DNA of 64,000 nucleotides from an uncultured Eubacteriales bacterium (GTDB taxonomy: Bacteria > Bacillota > Clostridia > TANB77 > CAG-508): assembly GCA_948443845.1 (NCBI GenBank), contig CAOJUE010000003.1:25610-89609 (forward strand). The letters run 5' to 3'. Each line of letters starts with the position of its first letter. The stretch's first letter is position 1. Shown here piece after piece: positions 52,394 to 60,301 of the stretch. The notes below the pieces were generated by a model, which saw only the letters and a list, made by a program, of their open reading frames with translations, was not told the DNA's origin and made no database searches. Both the position numbers and the translations under genes were made by a program.

Positions 52394-53452
52394 ATGGATA
52401 AGAAAAAAGATTGGAATTTAGAGTTATCAGAATATATTAAACAAGGCGAACCAAATCAAGTTGAGAAAACTAAAACATGGGAAACAGCGATTGGATTGCA
52501 AGATGTTGATGGATTAAAACCTTCAAAATATTTAATAAAAACTGCTAAAGAACATATTGAAGGATCAATAGATATTGAAGAAGTCAAAGCAAGAATAGAT
52601 GAATATTATGAAGTTCAAGGCAGCAGAAAAGATTTTGAAAAAGAAAATGAAGAAGCAGATAAAGTTGCAGTTAGAATAACAGAAATATTAAGCGAAAAAG
52701 CATTCAATTTTTCTCCTACAGAACTATTGAGTATTCATAAGAGATTATTTAAAGATATATTTGATGGAGCAGGTGTATATAGAGATTATAATTTTACTAA
52801 AAAAGAATGGGTATTAAATGGAGATACAGTGATATATGCACCATTTGATACAATAAAAGAAACATTGGAATATGATTTTGAACAAGAAAAAACCTTTTCA
52901 TATAAAGGATTAAATTTAGATGAGTCTATAAGTCATCTATGCAAATTTACATCAAATATATGGCAAGTACATCCATTTTGTGAAGGCAACACAAGAACAA
53001 CAGCAGTATTTATGGTAAAATATCTAAGAACTTTTGGATTTAATATTAATGATGAAGTATTTGCAGAAAATTCATGGTATTTTAGAAATTCATTAGTAAG
53101 AGCCAATTATAAAAATTTTGAAAAAAATGTATTTGAGGATACATCATTTTTAGAAAAATTCTTTTATAACTTACTTACAAATGCTAATAATGAATTAAAA
53201 AATAGATATACACATATAGATAATATTCAAAGTGCAGAAAATGACAATTTAAAGTGCAATAATTACACTTTAGAAGAACAGGCAATTATAAATATATTAA
53301 AGAAAACCCCTGCTACTACACAAGAAGAAATAGCAATGCAAATTAATAAATCTTTAAGAACTGTAAAAACATATATGGCAGAAATGCAAGAAAAAGGGTT
53401 GATAGAAAGAATAAATGGTAAGAAGAATGGCGAATGGATAGTGAATGAGTAA
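52394..53452 (+). CDS. Fic family protein with a degenerate active-site motif (HPFCEGNTRT) and a C-terminal HTH
   Basis: Fic core HPFCEGNTRTTA (G-to-T and R-to-A relative to the HxFx(D/E)GNGRxxR consensus); C-terminal winged-helix region. Confidence 0.8.
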   Translation: MDKKKDWNLELSEYIKQGEPNQVEKTKTWETAIGLQDVDGLKPSKYLIKTAKEHIEGSIDIEEVKARIDEYYEVQGSRKDFEKENEEADKVAVRITEILSEKAFNFSPTELLSIHKRLFKDIFDGAGVYRDYNFTKKEWVLNGDTVIYAPFDTIKETLEYDFEQEKTFSYKGLNLDESISHLCKFTSNIWQVHPFCEGNTRTTAVFMVKYLRTFGFNINDEVFAENSWYFRNSLVRANYKNFEKNVFEDTSFLEKFFYNLLTNANNELKNRYTHIDNIQSAENDNLKCNNYTLEEQAIINILKKTPATTQEEIAMQINKSLRTVKTYMAEMQEKGLIERINGKKNGEWIVNE

Positions 53453-53474
53453 TTTTATAATATAAAGCAAAAGT

Positions 53475-53702
53475 GTGAAAATGACTTTTAATCTAAAGAG
53501 TCAAACTTCACACTTCTTACAATTTTACCACAAAGTAAGAAAAACTATAAATGGAAAGCTAGTAACCTTTATAGAGGTTATGGAATGTGATGTGTTTGGT
53601 GTAGAAGAAATGGTATATGGGGATTATTTAAATAAGTTTCCCGTAACCCCCGAAAATCACAGTAAAAATATATCAGTAGAAGAAATAGAATTACCATTTT
53701 AG
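53475..53702 (+). CDS. hypothetical small protein
   Basis: 75-aa ORF; no recognisable domain. Confidence 0.3.
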   Translation: MKMTFNLKSQTSHFLQFYHKVRKTINGKLVTFIEVMECDVFGVEEMVYGDYLNKFPVTPENHSKNISVEEIELPF

Positions 53703-53821
53703 AAGCCTTTATAGATAAGGTTTCTTTTTATGTGCATAAAGTTTTATATAAATTAGCATAAATATAGATTTTTATTATAAATGTGATAAAATATAGAAAA
53801 CAAAAAAGTAGGTGATAAAAT

Positions 53822-54658
53822 ATGAAATTTATATATGCATGTGATATACATGGAGATACAAATAAATATGAAAAATTATTTCAAAAGGCGAAGGAAGAAA
53901 ATATTAAATACATAGTTTTAGGAGGAGATATACTACCTAAGAGAGGATTTAGAGTAATAATACAGCCTGAATTTATAAAAGGATATTTAGAAGAATATTT
54001 TAAAAGATTGAATGAAAATGATATAAATTGTATATTAATTCCTGGTAATGACGACTTAGAAAAATTTGATATACAAATAAATGAACTTTGCAAAAAATAT
54101 CCTAATATATACAATATTGATGAGAAAAAATTAGATATAGAAGATGTAAGTTTTATAGGATTATCAAAAGTATTAGATCATCCATTTGGAAGTAAAAATA
54201 GGGTAGTAATAGAAGAAAATTTGAAAATGCAGTCACAATTATCTGAAGATATTTATATAAAAAAAGATACAGCAGTCATTACAATTGAAGAATGGGAAAG
54301 ATATAGAGAAACTGATATTGAAAGAATGGAAGATATATTAACTAGTTTACCAAAAGTAGATAAAAATAGAAAGGTTATATATGTATTGCACAATCCACCA
54401 TATGGAGTCGGATTAGATGTATGTGCGAATGGATTACAAGTGGGTTCAAAAGCAATAATGAAATTTTTAGAAAATAGTAATAGTTATATGTCATTGCATG
54501 GACATATACACGAAGCACCTAGAATCTCTGGGCTATGGTATAATGAACTGGGGAAAACGATTTGTATACAACCAGGACAAACAGAACTAGGAGAAAGAAA
54601 ATGTTACTATGTTATAATAGATACAGAGCTAAACGAACAATATAGATATGAAATGTGA
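53822..54658 (+). CDS. metallophosphoesterase (calcineurin-like phosphoesterase)
   Basis: MPE motifs DIHGD, GGD, GNDD, HNPP, GHIH. Confidence 0.75.
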   Translation: MKFIYACDIHGDTNKYEKLFQKAKEENIKYIVLGGDILPKRGFRVIIQPEFIKGYLEEYFKRLNENDINCILIPGNDDLEKFDIQINELCKKYPNIYNIDEKKLDIEDVSFIGLSKVLDHPFGSKNRVVIEENLKMQSQLSEDIYIKKDTAVITIEEWERYRETDIERMEDILTSLPKVDKNRKVIYVLHNPPYGVGLDVCANGLQVGSKAIMKFLENSNSYMSLHGHIHEAPRISGLWYNELGKTICIQPGQTELGERKCYYVIIDTELNEQYRYEM

Positions 54659-54674
54659 TAGGAGAAATGTTTAA

Positions 54675-55499
54675 ATGATGAAGTTAGAAGAATATATTGA
54701 AAAACGAAAAAAAGAAGATGGATTGAATGAATTTGATAAAAATAAGAAAGATGAAAACATCAAAATATGTGTAAATTATATTTTTGAGTATTTTAATAAT
54801 TATTTAAATATTACAGAATTAGAAGAAATAACAATAGCTAAGGAAGAAAAGTTAGATAAATATTGCAAGCAATTAAAAGAGTATGACTCAGATATAAAAG
54901 AATGGCTAGTAAAGATATATGCTGAATATGGGAACTTTTTGGATAAATCAATAGGTAGAAGAGTTAGAAATGAACAAACTTATTTTTATTTGCTAAGTGA
55001 AGATAGTGAATTCAGAAGTTTATCTTATGAGTGTTATGCTGAATATATAAAGAAATTTCCATATTTAAAAGGACAAGAAGAGATGTTATACAAATTTTTA
55101 AAAGAATATCATAGAGTAGAAAGTAATCAATCTTTATGGAATATTCCAATAATAAACGAAGAAATAGATGAGTGGATAGAGACAACGAAAAATAAATATG
55201 GAGTAAACTTGTATCAATTTGCTTCTAATTGGGTAAATTATTTTTTTGATACACCAGAAATATGGGGAACGAAACATAGAAAGAAAAATAATGATGCATA
55301 TAAGGGATATGAATATGATTATAAAAATGGTGATAATTTATTTAATATAGACTCACTATATAGAAATATGCCAAAAAAACCATTTACAAAAGGGAAAAAA
55401 CAAGAATTTGAAATATTACTTATGTATTATTGGTTAAATGATATAGTAGGCGATGATGATAATTATTGGGATGAATATTTAAAAAAATTTGAAAAATAA
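54675..55499 (+). CDS. hypothetical protein, probably co-transcribed with the metallophosphoesterase
   Basis: 274-aa ORF 16 nt downstream; no recognisable domain. Confidence 0.5.
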   Translation: MMKLEEYIEKRKKEDGLNEFDKNKKDENIKICVNYIFEYFNNYLNITELEEITIAKEEKLDKYCKQLKEYDSDIKEWLVKIYAEYGNFLDKSIGRRVRNEQTYFYLLSEDSEFRSLSYECYAEYIKKFPYLKGQEEMLYKFLKEYHRVESNQSLWNIPIINEEIDEWIETTKNKYGVNLYQFASNWVNYFFDTPEIWGTKHRKKNNDAYKGYEYDYKNGDNLFNIDSLYRNMPKKPFTKGKKQEFEILLMYYWLNDIVGDDDNYWDEYLKKFEK

Positions 55500-55575
55500 A
55501 TTTTATAAATTTAAGAAATACTATTGATAAATAAAATTTTTTATAATAAAATGTGACCAAAGGAGGCGAGGTATA

Positions 55576-56019
55576 ATGGTAGATATTAATGAATTAGCAA
55601 ATGAATTTCTTGCAATAGAAAGCATGACACAAAAGAAAGTACAGAAGTTATGCTATTATGCACAAGGTTGGTATGGTGCTATTACACAAAAGAGACTATT
55701 TAATGAACAACTACAAGCATGGGTTCACGGACCTGTTTCGCCTAAATTATATGATAGATTTAAAATGTATGGATATAATAAAATACCTCAAAAAGAATCT
55801 AGAACTACAAATGAAGAATTAAAAGGAATAGTAAAAGAAATATATAGAATATATGGAAAATTAGACGGAGATCAACTTGAAGAATTAACTCATCAAGAAA
55901 TGCCATGGATAAATGCAAGAGAAGGATTAGAAGCTCACGAATCATCAACCAACCCAATAAAATTTGATGATATGGTAAACTTCTTTAAAACAAAACTATT
56001 AGAAGAATCAAATGCCTAA
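55576..56019 (+). CDS. Panacea (DUF4065, SocA/PanA-like) antitoxin-domain protein
   Basis: KLCYYAQGWYGAITQKRLFNEQLQAWVHGPVSPKLY matches the Panacea domain core; overlaps the next gene by 8 nt. Confidence 0.65.
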   Translation: MVDINELANEFLAIESMTQKKVQKLCYYAQGWYGAITQKRLFNEQLQAWVHGPVSPKLYDRFKMYGYNKIPQKESRTTNEELKGIVKEIYRIYGKLDGDQLEELTHQEMPWINAREGLEAHESSTNPIKFDDMVNFFKTKLLEESNA

Positions 56020-56653
56020 ATTTAATGAACAAAAACTAAAGGCTATTCCAGAAGCAAAACCACCAAAGAATAATGTAGTAGGTACATTAAGTAGATTAAC
56101 AGAAGAAAATGCAGGTGAAATTGAAAATAGAAAAATAAAAATATCCTTTGAATTTTTCGATTCTAAAAACAAATATTTTTCATTAGGTGATATAGAAATA
56201 GAATGGTTTTCAGATTTGTTTGAAGAATTAAAAGAATTATCTAAGATTACAAAAAAACAGCTGTTTACGGAATATAAAAAGAAATATAAACCACATCCAT
56301 ATAACAATGAAAAAGCATTAAATTATAAGGATGAGTATTTAACTAATCCTCAATATGATGGAGTACAAATAAGACTGGACAAGTCATCGGGAAGGATACA
56401 TGGTTTTTTTATAGAAAATGTTTACTACATAAGATTTTTAGATAGAAGGCATAATATGTACAATTCAGAGGGATATGGAGGCGTAGTATTTGTACCATTT
56501 CCAAAGACAATAGTAGAAAAATTAGAAGATGAAAATAAAGAACAAAGACAGAAAATTATTTTTTTACAAGAAAGAAATGAAAGAAATGCAGAAATTTTAT
56601 GTAATAATTGCTTAAACTGTCCGAAAGAAATACAGAATAAATTTGAATTATAG
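56012..56653 (+). CDS. putative toxin partner of the Panacea antitoxin (unknown family; possible HEPN-like Rx5H)
   Basis: Translationally coupled to the upstream Panacea gene; RFLDRRH candidate motif; 213 aa. Confidence 0.45.
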   Translation: MPKFNEQKLKAIPEAKPPKNNVVGTLSRLTEENAGEIENRKIKISFEFFDSKNKYFSLGDIEIEWFSDLFEELKELSKITKKQLFTEYKKKYKPHPYNNEKALNYKDEYLTNPQYDGVQIRLDKSSGRIHGFFIENVYYIRFLDRRHNMYNSEGYGGVVFVPFPKTIVEKLEDENKEQRQKIIFLQERNERNAEILCNNCLNCPKEIQNKFEL

Positions 56654-56677
56654 GATGAGGCAACTCATCTTTTTTTC
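56654..56677 (+). terminator. rho-independent terminator
   Basis: gatgag-gcaa-ctcatc hairpin followed by a T8 run, directly after the stop. Confidence 0.7.
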
Positions 56678-56840
56678 TATGTTTTCTTTGTCACACTTTG
56701 GTCACACTCACCATAAAAATAGCAACTTTTTTCAATATGAGGAATAAATGTTTATTGAAATCACCAAATATTAGATTTTTTCTAGATTCGTAATATAAAT
56801 TTTTATTTTAACATTTTAAAGTACAATTCTATAAAACGAT

Positions 56841-56890
56841 CTATAAGTTCCAAAAAGTTAGTTCAGCATATGGTTTTTTGGAACTTATAG
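56841..56890. repeat. 16-bp perfect inverted repeat (ctataagttccaaaaa / tttttggaacttatag) with an 18-nt spacer
   Basis: Seen directly in non-coding DNA inside the element. Confidence 0.6.
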
Positions 56891-57101
56891 GTCAATTTCA
56901 TTTTTCTATAAAAAATTACTTCGATATTCTAGAAACACAAATATTTCGTAAATTAAAATTCTTATAAATACTTAAATGCCACTCAAAACATAGAAGAAAA
57001 ATCTTTTATGTTTTATTTTTTGCAGATTTTTTAGAAAAATGGGTTCAAAAATAGTCTTTAAGTGAGGAAACATATGAAGGAAATTTAAAAAATTAAAAAA
57101 G

Positions 57102-57480
57102 ATTTCAATTTACTAACAAGAAATGCTACCCTAAAGTGCTTTATAAGTAGAGGGGTATTTTTCAAAAAATAAAAAAATTTCTAAAATAACCTAAAAAATG
57201 GTGTGTGAAAGTGCTTTACAAGTAGGGGGAATATATTTTTTCTAAAATATATAAAAAATTTCAATTTACTAACAAGAAATGCTACCCTAAAGTGCTTTAT
57301 AAGTAGAGGGGGATTTTTCAAAAAAATAAAAAAATTTCTAAAATGACTTAAAAAATGGGGTGTGAAAGTGCTTTACAAGTAGGAGAGATATATTTTTTTC
57401 TAAAATATATAGGAAATTTTAAATTAGGGGTAAAAAACGTATGTCTAAATTGCTTTACAGTTAGAGGGGTAAATTTTTTA
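57102..57480. repeat. tandem direct repeat, ~157-bp unit x2.4; each unit has two copies of a GTGCTTTAYAAGTAGRGGGG + T-run submotif (5 submotif copies in total)
   Basis: Units at 57102 and 57258 are about 95% identical; submotif starts at 57136, 57211, 57293, 57368 and 57450 (spacing 75/82 nt). Confidence 0.8.
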
Positions 57481-57718
57481 GTAATTTGAAAATACATCCT
57501 TATATAAAAATGCACATTGAAAACTAAATAAAAATCATTAAATACACTCAAAGAAACTCTTATTCAGTCATAGCACGAGCGCGATAAAACCGTCCCACGC
57601 GGTGAGAATAAGTCTGATGATCAGATAGGTGAAACTCCTGAGGGCTTGACCAAGCCGTTTAATGATTACAGTAATTATTATTTTTATTTGAAATATATTT
57701 GAAATAGAGGTGTTTCAT

Positions 57719-57901
57719 TTGAAGAAAGAATACAAATTGGAAACAAACGAAAATGGGCAAAAAGTTATAAAAAAATTTTGCCAAGAAAATACCGAAGAAA
57801 TCAATATTATTTTTGAAGAAAGTGAAACAGATATTATGTCCGATATTCTAAAACAATTGTCGAAATATTATATTGAAGAAATCTTGAAAATGGAAATGTG
57901 A
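57719..57901 (+). CDS. hypothetical small acidic protein upstream of the recombinase (non-ATG start; possible accessory or directionality factor)
   Basis: 60-aa ORF with RBS agaggtg then TTG. Confidence 0.25.
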   Translation: MKKEYKLETNENGQKVIKKFCQENTEEINIIFEESETDIMSDILKQLSKYYIEEILKMEM

Positions 57902-57979
57902 AAATAGCGATAAAAGAGAAAATTTGCACATTTCTAAAAGCGAAAAATAAATGCTATTCTAAAAGAAAGGGGGAAAACA

Positions 57980-59683
57980 ATGAAAAGAGTTCGATGTTTA
58001 TATAGAGTATCAACTGTGAAACAGTTGGATAAAAACGACATTCCAATGCAAAGAATTGAATGTATGAAATATATAGAAATGATGTCAGATTGGGAATTTG
58101 ACAAAGAATACATTGAGAAAGGCGTATCAGGCTACAATAAAAAATTGGAAGACAGAGATGTTTTGCAAGAAATCCGAACCGATGCTATCAAGAAAGAATT
58201 TGATGTTTTGCTAGTATTTATGTTTGATAGGCTCGGAAGAAGAGATGACGAAACTCCTTTCATTGTAGAATGGTTTGATGAACACGGTATCGAAGTATGG
58301 TCGACGCAGGAAGGTCAGCAAAAGTTCGAATCACGAGCAGACAAATTGATCAACTATATAAGATATTGGCAATCTGGTGGCGAAAGCGAAAAAACTTCGA
58401 TAAGGGTTCGAACAAAGCAAAGGCAAATGATTGAGCAAGGCATTAATATCAGTTCCGTTCCTCCTTATGGTTATAGAATGATCAAAACTGGAATTCTCAC
58501 GAAACGAGGTGTGGAGCGAAAAACGTATGAAATCGTGCCGACTGAGGCAGAAATTGTAAGAAAAATATTTGATTTATTTACCGAAGAGGGCTATGGCGGA
58601 ATGCGAATTGCCAAATACCTGAATGAGAAAGGATACAAAACGCACAAAGGTTGCGAGTGGAGTTACAGCACGATTAATAATATGCTTCGAAATCCAATTT
58701 ACACAGGATATTTGTGTTTTCACAAAACGAGTGTGCCAATTGGTGGTGGAAAGCGAAAAAGAGTGTCTAATAGAGAAGATTGGATTTATTCAACGGATAA
58801 AATTCCAGAAATTCAAATTATCTCAGAAGAACAATTTGAAAAAGTGCAAAAAATCAAAAAGGCAAGATGTGATAAAAATAAACAATGTGAAGAAGAAAAT
58901 AAGGAATGTTTCAGTTATCAAACCAAAGGAGATATGCTTTTTACTGGGCTGATTGTGTGTGGTGGTTGTGGCTCGAAACTAACGACTAGAACCTCGAAAA
59001 GAACAATAAAATTGGAAGATGGAAGCAAAGGATATACAAGATATAAATATTATATGTGCAGTCATAAGGCTTGTGGCAGGGAGTGCAGTTGTCAGAAGAA
59101 AAGTCATAAAAATAATTGCATAGAAGAACCTGTTTTGAATGAAATTTACAAATATTTTGATTTACTAGAAAAACGAGATTTGTCAGAATACATAAGAAAA
59201 ATTCATAAAAATACAAATGATAACGAAGGAAAGCAAATTAAAGAATTGGAGAAAAATATAAAAGAATATGCCAATAAAAATGATTTGCTAAAAGAAGAAA
59301 TTATGAATGTGATAACAGGGAAAAGTACGTTTTCGCGAGAATTAATTTCTGAATTAATGGAAGAAAATAAACAAAAGATAGAAGATTTTCAAAAACAAAA
59401 GATAAGATTAGAGCAGTTAAAAAAGCAAAAAGAAGTAGATTTTGAACAAATGCTAAAAATGAAAAGTATGATTCCAGATTGGAAAGAAGTTTTAAAAAAT
59501 TGTAGTATAGAAAGGAAAAAAATGATATTATCAGCGATGATAAAAGAAATTATCGTTTATGATCAAAAAATCGATATTCATTTAAGAATTAGTTTTGACG
59601 AATTCTTGCGAACAGCACAAAAACTGGGTTCTGAGAAGAATAGCAAATTTGCTAAAAACCTGTGTAACACGAGAACCAATTAA
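57980..59683 (+). CDS. large serine recombinase (TnpX/TndX-type)
   Basis: Resolvase N-domain with catalytic Ser in RVSTVKQ; recombinase domain; Cys-rich zinc ribbon CGGCGSKL...C..C; coiled-coil C-terminus. The last 4 codons lie beyond the att core. Confidence 0.85.
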   Translation: MKRVRCLYRVSTVKQLDKNDIPMQRIECMKYIEMMSDWEFDKEYIEKGVSGYNKKLEDRDVLQEIRTDAIKKEFDVLLVFMFDRLGRRDDETPFIVEWFDEHGIEVWSTQEGQQKFESRADKLINYIRYWQSGGESEKTSIRVRTKQRQMIEQGINISSVPPYGYRMIKTGILTKRGVERKTYEIVPTEAEIVRKIFDLFTEEGYGGMRIAKYLNEKGYKTHKGCEWSYSTINNMLRNPIYTGYLCFHKTSVPIGGGKRKRVSNREDWIYSTDKIPEIQIISEEQFEKVQKIKKARCDKNKQCEEENKECFSYQTKGDMLFTGLIVCGGCGSKLTTRTSKRTIKLEDGSKGYTRYKYYMCSHKACGRECSCQKKSHKNNCIEEPVLNEIYKYFDLLEKRDLSEYIRKIHKNTNDNEGKQIKELEKNIKEYANKNDLLKEEIMNVITGKSTFSRELISELMEENKQKIEDFQKQKIRLEQLKKQKEVDFEQMLKMKSMIPDWKEVLKNCSIERKKMILSAMIKEIIVYDQKIDIHLRISFDEFLRTAQKLGSEKNSKFAKNLCNTRTN

Positions 59684-59685
59684 TT

Positions 59686-59975
59686 TAACCCCTCGATGGG
59701 TTCACTTTGACGACAGAACAACAGCAGCAGGCTATCCAACAGTTCGTTATGGTAGTAAAGGAAATTATGTCTGTGTAGCACAAGATTCATTAAATGCTTT
59801 AGGCTATGGAACAGGAGGACTAGATGGCATATTTGGAACACAAACCAGAAATGCAGTTTTAACTTTCCAGAGCAGAAATGGCTTATCAGCAGATGGAATC
59901 TTAGGACCAAATACTTGGAGCAGATTGATGCCACAAGTAAATGGGATTGGAAGAGCTAGTACAGTTGTGAATTAA
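59686..59975 (+). pseudogene. 3' part of the insertion-disrupted peptidase M15 / PG_binding_1 cell-wall hydrolase gene
   Basis: In-frame WVHFDDR (M15_3 C-terminal motif), then the PG_binding_1 domain GYGTGGLDGIFGTQTRNAVLTFQSRNGLSADGILGPNTW. No start of its own; continuous with 41263-41638 across the att core. Confidence 0.6.
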
Positions 59976-60004
59976 AAGTGGGAGAAAATTTCCCACTTTT
60001 TATA
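59975..60004 (+). terminator. rho-independent terminator
   Basis: aaagtgggaga-aaa-tttcccacttt hairpin plus a T-run. Confidence 0.65.
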
Positions 60005-60105
60005 TATTATTTTTTAAATACTTGTAATTTACATAAAAGTATAGTATAATTATACATATGTTTTTTAGTAACCCCAAATTTTTCTTAAAAAAGGAGGCAA
60101 ACATC

Positions 60106-60204
60106 ATGGAAGTAAAAATAAAAGGCGTAGAAGTGCGGTCAGAAGAAGTGAGTCTGGAGGTGAACTTTCAGGATTTGACGTTAAAGGGGCAGAAAGATAA
60201 TTAA
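60106..60204 (+). CDS. possible 32-aa small protein (MEVKIKGVEVRSEEVSLEVNFQDLTLKGQKDN)
   Basis: Strong RBS aaggagg 7 nt upstream; promoter-like tatagtataat upstream. Confidence 0.25.
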   Translation: MEVKIKGVEVRSEEVSLEVNFQDLTLKGQKDN

Positions 60205-60239
60205 GGAAAGAATTGAGAGCTTGAAAAAAACTGCTTAAG

Positions 60240-60295
60240 CCTAAAAAATAAAGAGTAAAGAACTGCTATACTAGCAAACTTTACTCTTTATTTTG
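60240..60295. terminator. bidirectional terminator downstream of dxr
   Basis: 11-bp stem aaagagtaaag/ctttactcttt with an 18-nt loop, flanked by A/T runs. Confidence 0.55.
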
Positions 60296-60301
60296 TGAAA
60301 G

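Larger units (their letters stand above)
41634..59670 (+). mobile_element. integrated ~18-kb serine-recombinase mobile element (Tn4451/TnpV-type backbone: RepA_N-like, ParB-like, TnpV-like, large serine recombinase) with a defence-island cargo
   Basis: Shared core AACAC at 41634-41638 and 59666-59670. The reconstructed attP is a near-perfect palindrome, aaaacctgtgt-a-acacaggtttt. The flanks re-join in frame into one M15-peptidase/PG-binding gene. Confidence 0.75.

Noticed and set aside
57102-57480. Possible CRISPR array
   Set aside because: The repeat unit is 157 bp with an internal sub-repeat and has no uniform short-repeat/unique-spacer structure. No cas genes are present, so it is a tandem direct repeat rather than CRISPR.
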